Shown here in pieces: positions 1 through 11,158 of a DNA stretch of 58,277 bases. The notes beneath the pieces are model-generated. The model searched no databases. It was not told where the DNA came from and was given only the letters and a program-made list of their open reading frames with translations. The DNA is from a virus (taxonomy: Duplodnaviria > Caudoviricetes). The stretch spans positions 1-58,277 of the IMG/VR virus record IMGVR_UViG_3300028829_004880, one strand, 5' to 3'. Every line of letters starts with the position of its first letter. Position 1 is the stretch's first letter. The translations under genes were made by a program, and so were the position numbers.

Positions 1-1516
1 ATACTCAGTATCCCATGTACATTCTTCTAACATTACACCATCTTCTTCGTATACTCTTCTTGATGTTGGTGGTCCCATTTCTTCTTCTTCTGGGGAAATC
101 TCACCAGCGGCACCAGTCTCGTTGAGTCTCTCAACAAACTTAAGCATCTTTTTCATACCCTCAGTTAGTTCTGGAATACCCTTATCATCATCACCCTTAC
201 CTCTAAAGAACTCATTGTATAGTTCGTCAAATTCATTCATAATTACTTTCTTTTTAATATAACCTTTATTTTACTAAATATCTTAGTCAAAAACAATACC
301 TTTCTACCAGATGGTGTCAAATTGGCAGTAACCAAAAGATTTGTACCATTCACTATGTCATAACGCTTTTGCTTTAACTTAGTTATTAATTCGTAGTGTT
401 GTTCAATTAAGAATGTGTCAATCCAAGTATCAATAAGGATTAATTGATTTCCAATCGTAGCATCAGTTCGGTCAACCTCATGGTCAAACCATAACAAGAG
501 TGCTTTTAATTTTTTATCAATTAAATCATCCTTGTGAAACCTACAGTTTTTGTATTTATCAATATCGAAATCCATCCTTATTCTTTTATTATAAATACTA
601 TGAAGTGCAAGGATAATACCGTTTATTTCCTCTTCTTTATCCCAATCTTTATAGTAATCGTGGATAATAGGTCTCTAAGGAAACTTTTTGGCTTAACTCC
701 CGACAAATAAAAATATAGTCCAAAGAAGAATGCTGATAATAGGTAGAAAAATAAGGTGGTAGCTACATAGGAATCCATTACCCTTTGGAGCATGTAAAAG
801 GCTACATCGTACCCTAGAGGGAGGAAGAACATCGCCATCATTAGCGACACTACTGCTAGTCTTTTTCTGTTTACTCCCTTCATCGCTATCCATGTTATTA
901 TCTGTTGTCATTTCTTATAAATACTTTCTGAATTCAAATATACACATAAAGTCTGAAAAAATCAAGCTTTTGTTTTATAATAAGAATTGTTTCCACCAAT
1001 ATACTTGGTATGCCAATGCTAACCAATGGGTAAGTATCCAAATAAACATAACAAAATTATTACCAGTTACGTTTAAAAATGTAGTTCTAAAAAGATATGT
1101 GTTACTTAATAATTGGATTGTTCCAAACATAAATGTAACTATAAATAATATTTCTTGCATCATTTTGTTAATTTTAAATGTATTTGTCTATTTGGTCTCT
1201 TATTGTTAGACCCGTTCCTCTAATCTCCATAGCTTTTTTACCTAATTCCTGTAGTATTGATTTAAGTTCTGGATATTCTTTTGCATCAGTAATATCTAAT
1301 CTATCTCTACCCATTGAAAATGAGAAGTAACTCATTTCTGGATTTCGCCAAGTAACATATATAGAACCTAATTTGAAAGATATATAACCACCCTCAGCAT
1401 TTCCACTATGTTCTAAATCTGTAATCTTAGATTTGTTATCTGTTATCTTTTCAATTATAGCCTCAATCTCAACTTTGTTAGCTACTCTTACACTCATTTG
1501 CATACCTACTTCTTTT

Positions 1517-2347
1517 TTATGAATTCATCATTTCTCGTGTGATATCAGCAACTAAATCAATATGACGTTGACCATAAGGTGTCCATGCCATTCCCATTTC
1601 CTTAAGGTCGAAATGCTTAACGATAGTGGCGTATTCACGACTATCATCTGGATAACCAACAACATAAATGCTATCAGCCAATTCAACTGCAAGTCTTAAC
1701 TCGTGAGTAGAATATATAATAGTATTTAACTCATGGTCATTCTTAATTAATTCAAATGAACGCTTAACATCTTCAATGTTACCAACGTCAAGACCAGAGA
1801 ATGGTTCATCTAAAACCATGAAATGTCCAGATGAAAGTATTTGTTCAATGATGGCTGTACGTTGTCTCTGACCACCAGATAATTCGCAAGGGTATTGACC
1901 CTTTTGTTTTACAAGACCCCATTCAATTAAATACTTATTGATTATTTGCACCTTTTCCTCTTTAGACTTACCAGACTTTCTAAGTGCATACTTGAATGTT
2001 TCCTCAACTGTCTTGTGTCTGAAAAGTGTGTACTTTTGGTCTACAAAACCAACATCACCCTCAGCTACCTTCTTAGCATCACTACTGTCTTCCGTATCTA
2101 ACTCAGTGATAAGTACATCACCAACCTTTGGTTTAACAAGACCTGTAAGTGCTTTAAATAGTGTTGACTTACCTCGCCCAGAACGACCTACAATTGCTAT
2201 TACTTGTCCAGTAACATGTCCTTCTCTAACTACATCCTTTTCTATAAGGTTGACATTCTTTAGAACTGTTTTGTAGTCAGCACCTTCACCATAACCCAAC
2301 TCAACGTTGTCTAGGTAAAGTATTGTATCTTTTAATTCGTAACTCAT
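1517..2347 (-). CDS. ABC transporter ATPase (nitrate/sulfonate/taurine type)
   Basis: Walker A GRSGRGKS, LSGGQRQR signature, Walker B VLDEPF, H-loop. Confidence 0.9.
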   Translation of the reverse strand: MSYELKDTILYLDNVELGYGEGADYKTVLKNVNLIEKDVVREGHVTGQVIAIVGRSGRGKSTLFKALTGLVKPKVGDVLITELDTEDSSDAKKVAEGDVGFVDQKYTLFRHKTVEETFKYALRKSGKSKEEKVQIINKYLIEWGLVKQKGQYPCELSGGQRQRTAIIEQILSSGHFMVLDEPFSGLDVGNIEDVKRSFELIKNDHELNTIIYSTHELRLAVELADSIYVVGYPDDSREYATIVKHFDLKEMGMAWTPYGQRHIDLVADITREMMNS

Positions 2348-2351
2348 AATT

Positions 2352-2564
2352 TTATCTTAAAATTAATAATAATCTTCTATTTTTGTTTTCGATTGGTTTG
2401 TCTTGATGGACATACGTAGCCGCCTCACCAATAGTCAATCTATTACCATAAGGGTCAATGAAGTATAGTGGTATTTCACCACATGGATTACGATTATCCT
2501 TTAATATTTTCCGAATCCTCTCGTAATCAGCGTGTTTGTCGTAATGACTGTCTTTTTCCCACAT
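2352..2564 (-). CDS. small hypothetical protein ending RRLLLILR
   Basis: ORF packed in the operon. Confidence 0.55.
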   Translation of the reverse strand: MWEKDSHYDKHADYERIRKILKDNRNPCGEIPLYFIDPYGNRLTIGEAATYVHQDKPIENKNRRLLLILR

Positions 2565-2568
2565 AATC

Positions 2569-2778
2569 TTATCTATTGATTAATAATAATCTTCTTTTAC
2601 CAACTTGGTTAATCTTATCTAGATTCATAAAACCATCTGTAATGTCATGCAATTGCTCATTAGTATACTTAGTATGATTCTTCTCAAGTACACCATTACG
2701 ACCAACTATTACATGTGTCGCATACATTTCGTTTGTATTAAATGGACCAGTAGCACCATCTACGATTTTATATTTCAT
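2569..2778 (-). CDS. small hypothetical protein ending RRLLLINR
   Basis: ORF packed in the operon; C-terminus similar to neighbour. Confidence 0.55.
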   Translation of the reverse strand: MKYKIVDGATGPFNTNEMYATHVIVGRNGVLEKNHTKYTNEQLHDITDGFMNLDKINQVGKRRLLLINR

Positions 2779-2781
2779 ATC

Positions 2782-3555
2782 TTAATACTTTGAATATCTG
2801 AATAAGAACTTTCTAAGTCTCTTAAGACCAAAGTCTAATCCAAGTCCAATGAAAAGGATAACTAATTGAAGTGCAACGATTCTACCATGATTCATGAACT
2901 TATCTGAATTCTTAATAAGAAATCCAAGTCCACCCGCTGATACCATAATCGATTCAACCGTTACAAGCATCATCCACACTATAGCTAGATTCTGTCTTAC
3001 AGTTTCAATTACATAGTCTAAACGACCCTTGATAACTACTTCCCATAGAATCTCCCATCGGTTACATCCAAGGGCTCTAGCGTGATGGAATTCCTCTTCT
3101 GGTATATCTTTAAGCATTGATAGTAAAGATGTTGTTAGGAACGTTCCCATGAAGATTACGAGTACCCATACTTGAATACTTCGACCATCACTAACCATCA
3201 TTGTAATATAGAATGCAATACCTGTAAGTGGTAGATACCTAAACTTAGATATCATGTAGGATATTGGTTTTATGACTGGCATTGGTGAGAGGTAAACAAA
3301 TATCAATGATACAAATACCCCTAAAAATACTGCTTTACCACACAGTGCAAGAGAACTCATAATATGAACCATAAGTCCTTCTTGATATAAACCAGTGAAC
3401 CCCTTCCATACTTGTGATGGTGTTGGGAACATGTGAGTTTCACCACGAGAACCATAGATTCCCCATATAAGACAGATTAGGACGAACCAAGCAGACCCGA
3501 TTATTAGTCGTTGCTTCTTGGTTGTCTCTTCGAATTGTTTGAAGAATTTTAACAT
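2782..3555 (-). CDS. ABC transporter permease
   Basis: several TM helices, FPTPSQV and EAA-like motif HARALGCNRWEILWEV. Confidence 0.85.
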   Translation of the reverse strand: MLKFFKQFEETTKKQRLIIGSAWFVLICLIWGIYGSRGETHMFPTPSQVWKGFTGLYQEGLMVHIMSSLALCGKAVFLGVFVSLIFVYLSPMPVIKPISYMISKFRYLPLTGIAFYITMMVSDGRSIQVWVLVIFMGTFLTTSLLSMLKDIPEEEFHHARALGCNRWEILWEVVIKGRLDYVIETVRQNLAIVWMMLVTVESIMVSAGGLGFLIKNSDKFMNHGRIVALQLVILFIGLGLDFGLKRLRKFLFRYSKY

Positions 3556-3564
3556 AGTTTATTT

Positions 3565-4047
3565 TTAAAATGAATAAGAAAAACCTGGCGTAACATACCA
3601 TGTTCCATCCCAACTAGAAGCTTGAGCAAACATTCCAAAGTTACCAAATTCCTTTGATGCACCTACACCATATTCTATAAACATTCCGTAGTCTCTATCA
3701 ATATATGCACCTACACCTAAAAGACCATAAATTGAAACAAAATCAAGTGAATGTGAAAATGCTGTCTTAACTTCCCACCAGTAATTTTCAATTACTTCTG
3801 GTGAAGTACTAACAAGGTTATTTCTACCTAATACACCACCAATTGACCAATTTTCAATCATAATACCAACTTCAAGTGAAGGGTATGATGTTGTTTGGAA
3901 ATCATTTCCATTGGACATTGATAATCCAGCTGCAATATAAGGTGTGATTGGTGACTCAAGTCCTTCAACGAATCCACCATCTTGTGTGCTCTGTGCAAAT
4001 GTAAGTGTCGAAACCAACAATATTGCGAATAATAATACTTTTTTCAT
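3565..4047 (-). CDS. putative small outer-membrane beta-barrel protein
   Basis: signal peptide, alternating hydrophobic strands, C-terminal YSF. Confidence 0.65.
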   Translation of the reverse strand: MKKVLLFAILLVSTLTFAQSTQDGGFVEGLESPITPYIAAGLSMSNGNDFQTTSYPSLEVGIMIENWSIGGVLGRNNLVSTSPEVIENYWWEVKTAFSHSLDFVSIYGLLGVGAYIDRDYGMFIEYGVGASKEFGNFGMFAQASSWDGTWYVTPGFSYSF

Positions 4048-4115
4048 AATAATTTTATTTTTAAGTTTAAAAAAAGGGGTAGTATAATTACCACCCCTCT
4101 TTATATTTTTATTGA

Positions 4116-5930
4116 TTATCGTAAAAGAGTGATTTGAACTCTACGATTAGTTGCTCGACCAGTTGACGTGTTGTTGGTTGCTATTGGTGTTGAATCACCA
4201 GCACCACTAACCTCTTGGATTCTATCTCTAGAAATTCCTCGACTAATTAAGTATTCAGCTACCGCATTTGCTCTATCTCTAGATAACGGTTGGTTGATTG
4301 AATTAGAACCAGTATTATCAGTATGTCCAATTAAGATTACTTTAGTTTGTTCTGCTTGAATTAACAAGTTATAGATTGTACTTAAGTCTCGATTAGATGT
4401 TGCTTGAATATTATCACTTCCAGTTGCGAAATTGATATGCCATTCACCACTTGCCATTACCTCAGTCTTAGTTGCTGTGTAATCTATAGCTTCTGTTTCA
4501 CCAGCTGTCATATTATCGATATCTTGACCAGCATTAAGTAGATATGTTAAATTAACACCTTCATTGTAAGGAATTACTCTATCAACCGATTCATTAAATC
4601 CGAATGGGTTAAGTTCTACTAAGTAGTTAGATACTTGATTGTATACTGACTTGTAACGATTGTTACCATCAGTGATTCCGTAATATTGAATTGCATCTGC
4701 ATATGATAATACTCGTGTACCACCCATGTTGTAAGACAATCCATTCTTAGTTCCTTTTTGTCCTTGGAACATTCCGTACCAATACTCTGGAGTTTCAAGA
4801 TTAAATGTAGTTTGAATCGCCTCAGACGCTCTTACTCTCCACTTGTCATACAACTTCATTTGATTAGTAGCTGTAAGTGTTGACTTAAGTATATTTGTTA
4901 CGATGTCTGGATGAGTTGCTGCCCATTCTTTAACAACTACAAGTGTTGTTGCCATTTGATTAGGGAAATCAGCTGTTGATGCGATATCTGTGAAACCTGT
5001 AAGGGCATCGAATACCATCTTATCACCTGGAGTCCAAGTAGCACACCCATCAACTTTTTTATCAATTGTCTTACCAGTAAGTTTACCATCAACTACCTCT
5101 TTAAGAGATACTGTGAATCCTTTCTTTTGAGATGCAATTAATTCTTTTGCAGAATTGATATAGTCATCATCAGCAGATGGAAATACATTAACCGCATTAG
5201 GGTCGTAAGTTGTAAAATCTGGATTAACCTTAAGGTTGTTAACTCCACAGAAGTTAAGTAACACTACCCAGTCACCATCACCTGGCACACACGATACTAA
5301 TGACCCTAACATACTATTTGGGTTTGATTTCCATTCAGATGGTCCGATTAATTTATCTTCACCATTAGACATTCCAAATGCACCTACAGCTTCTACATGG
5401 TATTTATCACCAAACTTATCATTAAGTGCTGATTGCATTGTTGATAGGTAATAAGGTACACCATCACCCATAATCATAATTCCCATTGCAGATTTATCTG
5501 ATGATGGATATTCTTGACCCGCATCATACTCTTCGATAAATTTCATCTGCATAGCTTTCAATTCAGAAAGCCAATCTTGACGAATTAATTCAAGATTTAC
5601 ACCATTCGCTTCCATTAACGAACCCGATGTTGTGAATGGACCACCATTTGCTACGGCAATACCTTGTTCACCATTCCAAGCATAACCAGCGACTCTAACA
5701 CGTGGATTTACTAAAATTTTAGTACTTGGTGTAGTACTTGGCAATGGAATAAATGCCGCTTGTGTAACGTTGTCGATAACGTCACCATTTTCATCTAAGG
5801 CAATGACATCAACTGAGCCATCTACTCTAAGACCTGGGGCAAATATATACAACCCACCACCTACGATTGCAAGTGCAATCACTAATAAAAAGATTTTGAA
5901 TCCTTTGTTAAATTTACTGAACATTTTCAT
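4116..5930 (-). CDS. substrate-binding-like protein fused to C-terminal OmpA peptidoglycan-binding domain
   Basis: N-terminal TM; C-terminal GHTDNTGS..N..LSRDRA and NRRVQI motifs. Confidence 0.8.
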   Translation of the reverse strand: MKMFSKFNKGFKIFLLVIALAIVGGGLYIFAPGLRVDGSVDVIALDENGDVIDNVTQAAFIPLPSTTPSTKILVNPRVRVAGYAWNGEQGIAVANGGPFTTSGSLMEANGVNLELIRQDWLSELKAMQMKFIEEYDAGQEYPSSDKSAMGIMIMGDGVPYYLSTMQSALNDKFGDKYHVEAVGAFGMSNGEDKLIGPSEWKSNPNSMLGSLVSCVPGDGDWVVLLNFCGVNNLKVNPDFTTYDPNAVNVFPSADDDYINSAKELIASQKKGFTVSLKEVVDGKLTGKTIDKKVDGCATWTPGDKMVFDALTGFTDIASTADFPNQMATTLVVVKEWAATHPDIVTNILKSTLTATNQMKLYDKWRVRASEAIQTTFNLETPEYWYGMFQGQKGTKNGLSYNMGGTRVLSYADAIQYYGITDGNNRYKSVYNQVSNYLVELNPFGFNESVDRVIPYNEGVNLTYLLNAGQDIDNMTAGETEAIDYTATKTEVMASGEWHINFATGSDNIQATSNRDLSTIYNLLIQAEQTKVILIGHTDNTGSNSINQPLSRDRANAVAEYLISRGISRDRIQEVSGAGDSTPIATNNTSTGRATNRRVQITLLR

Positions 5931-6042
5931 AATTTACTTTTTGTTTTTTAATTATTAAATTAATTTGTCGATACAAATATAGGTAAATTAATTTAATCTA
6001 CCAAATATTTGCTCGATTATTTTTATTTTTTTTTATTATTTA

Positions 6043-7143
6043 TTAAAATACCTCACCAAAACCACCAGACTGCATCTTGTCTTCGTGTGTTAATTGGTAC
6101 TCTGGATTACTATAAGACTTAGCTGATGCAACTGGGTCTTTCCCTGTATTAATATCATCAGCCAATGAATTCAAGTTTGCATATAATTCATCAGAGTCCA
6201 TTGCGTAGTTACTCGTAATACTATCAATATCTTTCAAATTACCAGCAGTAATTGCGATATCTTGTGCTATTGTTGTAGTTACAACATCCATTGCATATTC
6301 TAATTCCCATGGTGTCGTGAAAAGCATTGCATCCTTAGCAGTCTGAGTTGCTTCCTTAGACTTCTGTGCGAATGCATAATCCTTTTTAAGAATTTTAATT
6401 GTTGCATCGAAATCAAGAATCTTGATATCCATTGATGTTTCAACCATGAGTAATTTTTGGCTGAATTTCTTCATAATTGCCGCACGAGAACCATACTTTT
6501 TAACAAAGTTTTTCTCTTGTTCTAATTCATGACCCTTTCTTTGAGCGTCAGCAATTACCTTAAGGAAATCAGAATTAGCATTTACATACTTATCTTCACC
6601 CTTAGCTGAGACACCCATGGTGTTAACCATAGTATCCATAACTCCTTTGTATTTGTCAGCCTTCGCTTTAAGACTTGAAATTTTAGTCTCTAAGTTCTTT
6701 GCAGTCTTTTCTGATTTATCAGCCGAGATTTCCATATCTGTTTTAAGTTGAGATATGCTACCCTTAGACTTCTGGAAGTTCTTCTTATTCGTTTCCATTT
6801 TAGCACGTTGGTCCTCCAACTCAGCAAATGGTGCATGTTTGATTATTAGTTTATGCATAAAACGTGTGAAACGTTTAAGTCCCTTAAGAATTACTGGCAT
6901 TGCAATAACTGCTAATACAATTAAAATAAGTGTACTTGCAATCGCTAAGAATTGTCCAATTGCTTGGAAAACTGGTGGGAGTACATAAATCCATGAGAAA
7001 TATAATACTGCACCTAGTACAGCTAATTTAACGAAGAAGAACATTCCTTTCTCTCCTTTTCTAAAGGCATCTACCGACTTCCCGATATCACTAGACTCAA
7101 AGTGTCTAAGTATTGGAAGATTTTGCATTGATGAATTATCCAT
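6043..7143 (-). CDS. membrane-anchored coiled-coil protein (PspA-like, tentative)
   Basis: two N-terminal TM segments then long heptad-rich helix. Confidence 0.5.
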   Translation of the reverse strand: MDNSSMQNLPILRHFESSDIGKSVDAFRKGEKGMFFFVKLAVLGAVLYFSWIYVLPPVFQAIGQFLAIASTLILIVLAVIAMPVILKGLKRFTRFMHKLIIKHAPFAELEDQRAKMETNKKNFQKSKGSISQLKTDMEISADKSEKTAKNLETKISSLKAKADKYKGVMDTMVNTMGVSAKGEDKYVNANSDFLKVIADAQRKGHELEQEKNFVKKYGSRAAIMKKFSQKLLMVETSMDIKILDFDATIKILKKDYAFAQKSKEATQTAKDAMLFTTPWELEYAMDVVTTTIAQDIAITAGNLKDIDSITSNYAMDSDELYANLNSLADDINTGKDPVASAKSYSNPEYQLTHEDKMQSGGFGEVF

Positions 7144-7178
7144 AATTGTTTTTTTTTATTTAAGTTATTTTTATTTTG

Positions 7179-7886
7179 TTATTTGATATTAGTTTTGATA
7201 CCATTTACCACAGTTGTAATTGTAGAAACGATTTTATCTTTAGCTATATTATTAGCCATGATTTTACACTCAATATCAGTAAGTGTAGGTGTATACTTAG
7301 AATCTATTAAACTTAATTGACTCTCTTTTTTTGATTTCTCCAAATTTAGTCTTACAATCTCATTGTTAATTCCATTCAACTCGTTGGTTAACATTGACTC
7401 TTCTTGACCCTTAGCTTGTAAAGCCTCTTCCCTCTTAGTATTACCATTCTCACTATAAGTAGTGTGAACCTTATTGATTTCACTGATGTAATAGTCTGAT
7501 TGTGAGATTAACGACTCTTTCGTAGCGTTAGCTGTCTTAGCCATTGTAAATGCCATATTATAAGTGGCTGGGTTAGTTGCACCCGCTTCTACTACCATCT
7601 TGAAGAATTCGTAGAAATCATACCCTTCCATGTCAAGACCATCAAAGCCTTTTTCATACATAGCCATGATTTTATCCAAGTGTGGACCACACGCTGGATT
7701 GTCTGGTGTTATCGGAGCCATTGTTGTTGGTGCCGATGTGGGTACTGTTGGTTCATGAAGAGGGGCTGATGCCGCACTCGACGGGAACTTGTTTGTGAAA
7801 CTTTGTTGTGAAGTGTTCGTCTCCTTTTTTTTGTTACCATCATCTCCTTCTTCATTGACGAAGATTAGGTCTTTTAAAAATCCCAT
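7179..7886 (-). CDS. hypothetical coiled-coil protein, first gene of ABC/OmpA operon
   Basis: long ORF downstream of TAnnTTTG promoter at 7927-7934. Confidence 0.6.
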   Translation of the reverse strand: MGFLKDLIFVNEEGDDGNKKKETNTSQQSFTNKFPSSAASAPLHEPTVPTSAPTTMAPITPDNPACGPHLDKIMAMYEKGFDGLDMEGYDFYEFFKMVVEAGATNPATYNMAFTMAKTANATKESLISQSDYYISEINKVHTTYSENGNTKREEALQAKGQEESMLTNELNGINNEIVRLNLEKSKKESQLSLIDSKYTPTLTDIECKIMANNIAKDKIVSTITTVVNGIKTNIK

Positions 7887-7993
7887 TAATTTAGGTTTTA
7901 GTTAATACTATATTTATTAATTGATACAAAGATACGAAATCTTTTTCAATAAAACAAATATTTAATGAAAAAAATTAATATTTCTTTCATTTG

Positions 7994-8119
7994 TGGGCGG
8001 AGTAGTGTTCGAACCTACATCTTCCGTTATGGATTTACGCTACCATAACACGGGGTTACCATGCTGGACTGAATCCAGACAACCTTCGCACGGACGCTCT
8101 ACCATTAAGCTATCCACCC
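7994..8119 (-). ncRNA. tRNA-like RNA with ~54-nt structured insert replacing the anticodon loop
   Basis: acceptor GGGTGGA/TCCGCCC, D arm GCTT..GAGC, stem TCCGT/ACGGA, TTCGAAC T loop. Confidence 0.65.
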
Positions 8120-8606
8120 ATTTATTGGCTTACTAAAACAGTAGCTTGCACGGGGTCAAAACATTGGGCTCTTCGCTTACGTATTCCTCACATCATTTCT
8201 GACGGGTCTCCGCTCCGTGCCTTTTCCCAACTTAGGACCTTTTTACGCTTGCCTTTTCGTCCAACACGTCAATTTATTTTTTTTCGGGTCCATACAGCGT
8301 CATAACGGTGATGCATTCACCTAACTGCTTCCCCTAGTCTTAAATTAACAAATTAGACTACGGTTCTTTAATGTCAATTACTGTTTTCTAAGGGGTGGTA
8401 CTAATAGATTTTTGTTTTGTACACTCTAGGGATATACACCCTAGTTCTCACCCGAAGAATAGACTTAACACGTTCTTAGAATTGTGTTAGTGAATTAGTG
8501 CTACTTGGGGTTGACTCACCTAATGTAGATTTATTTAACGCTCTATCTCGTCTACAACCAGCTTTAGAGTACACTTTCACTTTGTCCATCTTCAACAGTA
8601 ATTTAG

Positions 8607-8697
8607 TGGTGATGGTTGGATTTGCACCAACTTCTGCTCACCGCCCGTATATGGTTAGTATCTTAATCGTAGCCCGCCATATAGGGTTAACATCACC
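8607..8697 (-). ncRNA. tRNA-like RNA (acceptor + T arm, no D or anticodon arm)
   Basis: GGTGATG/CATCACC-A; GTTGG-TGCAAAT-CCAAC; internal TATATGG/CCATATA helix. Confidence 0.5.
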
Positions 8698-8783
8698 ATT
8701 TGGTAGAATTAACCTCTTCTACCATGAGCTTACCTCGCACCCCGAAGGGTGACTCTAAAACAAGTGACCATACTCGCTCTATG

Positions 8784-8854
8784 TGTTATCGACGGGATTC
8801 GAACCCGCATCTCTGCCAGTAATGGAGCGACTTAACCAGTTTGCCCACAATAAC
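8784..8854 (-). ncRNA. pseudo-tRNA with shortened anticodon arm
   Basis: normal acceptor, D and T arms; anticodon region 2-3 nt short (CCA-TTAC-TGG). Confidence 0.55.
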
Positions 8855-9073
8855 TAGGATGTCGTCAGACCACCTAGTTAGTTGTATTGTCCAGCTGGGG
8901 CTCATTGCCCTCCACTCGACTGCTTCGGGACGAACCAAAGCGTTTATACTACCTTTCGGTCAATCTCATCCCTACGTATCTACAATGTATCCATCGTACC
9001 AACTCGTCAATTTGCTTAGGATTAAATAGTACCAGAGACTACCCTAAGACTCGCCATTTCTGGTATAATTGTG

Positions 9074-9146
9074 TTGAGAGGGCTAGACTTGAACTAGCGA
9101 CACGTGACTTTTCAAGCCAATGCTCTACCAACTGAGCTACCTCTCA
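9074..9146 (-). tRNA. tRNA-Phe(GAA)
   Basis: cloverleaf, loop TTGAAAA. Confidence 0.85.
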
Positions 9147-9150
9147 ATTT

Positions 9151-9512
9151 AAACGCAATTAGGTTGCTGTTTAACATTCATCATCACAACACGGCTAGAA
9201 TATTAAAAACCTAAAATTACACCATATCCCGAACCCGTAAATGACTGTTCTATGTATTGATTTTGCGGTTAGTGCGGCACTTGTACGGAAGAACTTAATC
9301 TCACCACCAGTGGGCGGTCTTAACAACACTACTCCGAATGCACAGGTGTTTTCATCCTGTTACAAACTAATACATGAATGACTCAGTCAACAACCAACCG
9401 TACTTCCCCCACGGGGTTACCTAGCATTGGTCCTTGGACGTTCTCACCCTCGGTAATATATCACATCGAACTATAATCCTCTCCCAGCTAAGAGAGGTAG
9501 TTACTTGCGTTT
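9151..9512 (-). ncRNA. candidate ~360-nt structured RNA
   Basis: ORF-free, GC-richer, ends pair (AAACGCAA/TTGCGTTT), internal hairpins; strand inferred from context. Confidence 0.35.
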
Positions 9513-9543
9513 ATTTCTGTTACATTTGAGTAACATAACATAG

Positions 9544-9609
9544 TGGGGCAAAGAGGAATCAAACCTCAACTTTAAAGACCTAAATCTTTAAAGGTAAACA
9601 TACTGCCCC
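9544..9609 (-). ncRNA. D-armless tRNA-like RNA
   Basis: GGGGCAG/TTGCCCC-A, 9-bp hairpin, GAGG-TTTGATT-CCTC. Confidence 0.5.
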
Positions 9610-9779
9610 ATGTGTGTTATTTGGGAGTGGGCACCCAAAATAATAACTCATTCACTGATACTTCTCAGCCCTAAGATAGCCCTTGTCGATTTCTCAACAT
9701 TTTTAGCACTACATTTTGACCGTCAACTATAACGGGTGAATCGATATCACGCCAGTCCATCGACTAACACATATTATCC

Positions 9780-10295
9780 TTACTTGCTCGATGTTATGAG
9801 CAATCTATATCTACTTCGTTTAGTAGAACCTTTAGTTGAATTACTTTCGGATGCGAAGCCTAGTCTATTCTCTAGAACTTGAGCTAATGTTCCTACTTCA
9901 CCCTCATACTTAAAACAAAGGGTTGCGTAATTAACGTAGTCATCTTCACCAGCCACATCAAACTCATCAAATATTCCGAGTCCAAGTTGTTGAGTCCCTT
10001 CGTGATAATAATTTACTATCAATAGGTCACAATCGTTAAGTTTATTACTTTGGAATGCCTCAATTTGTTCAAATAACCCTTTCCCAACATCAAGATATTC
10101 ATCGTCATCATTATCTAAGTCATCACTTAACTCTGGGACAACGATTAACATTTCACACCCTAAGAGGGGTTTATGTGAGTAACCACCACCTTTGTATTCA
10201 ACTATATCAACATCAAATCCTTTTAGTAAGGTTCGAACCGCAGACACAACGTCTGGGTTCGCCCTATTAGATTTGGCTAAATAAATTGAAGTCAT
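9780..10295 (-). CDS. hypothetical protein
   Basis: ORF track; coupled to 10297-10629. Confidence 0.6.
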   Translation of the reverse strand: MTSIYLAKSNRANPDVVSAVRTLLKGFDVDIVEYKGGGYSHKPLLGCEMLIVVPELSDDLDNDDDEYLDVGKGLFEQIEAFQSNKLNDCDLLIVNYYHEGTQQLGLGIFDEFDVAGEDDYVNYATLCFKYEGEVGTLAQVLENRLGFASESNSTKGSTKRSRYRLLITSSK

Positions 10296-10296
10296 A

Positions 10297-10629
10297 TTAG
10301 AACCACTCTTTCAAGATGTCTTGAGCTACTTTCAACTCAATTTTCTTAAGCTCTAATTCAAGTGTAGCTTCATGCATATCATTAACCCAACCTTTGGCGT
10401 TAAAGTCTCCACCACCTGGACGAAGGCTATAAGATGTATCTGGTGCAAGGTCAGATAAATCTAGAATCTTAGATTCCAACTCATCAACTTCACCATCTAA
10501 CTTACGCTCAAGGTCCTCAGCCGCACGTTTAACAGACTTAGCTAGTTTCTCTGCTCTAGCTCCTTTGATTTCTTCGGTAGATGCTGCGATTTGCGCTGCA
10601 AATTTACCTTTGCTTTCTTTTGTACTCAT
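10297..10629 (-). CDS. hypothetical coiled-coil protein
   Basis: ORF after promoter motif at 10675-10682. Confidence 0.6.
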   Translation of the reverse strand: MSTKESKGKFAAQIAASTEEIKGARAEKLAKSVKRAAEDLERKLDGEVDELESKILDLSDLAPDTSYSLRPGGGDFNAKGWVNDMHEATLELELKKIELKVAQDILKEWF

Positions 10630-11158
10630 AACTTTAATTTAGTTAAATTTAATTATTACTAATTGTTTCGACTACAAAGATACGTAACTTATTCCAACCC
10701 CACAAGTTTTTTTGTAAATATTTTCAAATTATTTTTAATAAAACTTATAATTGATTATAAATCAAGACTTTAGAAATAATAAATATTAATCAAGATTAAC
10801 GATTATCCTATCTATTGTATTAATTGTTCTATCTAGAGATAGAACTATTTGGTTTTGATTTTTGATAACTCCCACAATACCTTCATTTAGTTTATCTAAT
10901 CTACCACCAACACAATCAACCTTATTAATAATAGCGTTATATAATTCTTCGTTAGTCATCTATTTAATTATCCAAATTTTTTAATTCTACTCTCAACTCT
11001 TGTATCTTACGTTGGTGAGATGGTACGTTTATCTCAGCTGTTGCTGATGACTTCTTTGTAAGTGACATTCTTAATTCATCTTGAAGATAGTCGATTCTTT
11101 CTTGTAACTTCTTCTTTTTCTTTTCTACTTTTCCCATTGTTTCTATGTTTTAGTATTG

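Noticed and set aside
9151-9512. RNase P RNA
   Set aside because: Size and closing stem fit, but GAGGAAAGUCC and the complementary P4 strand are not present.
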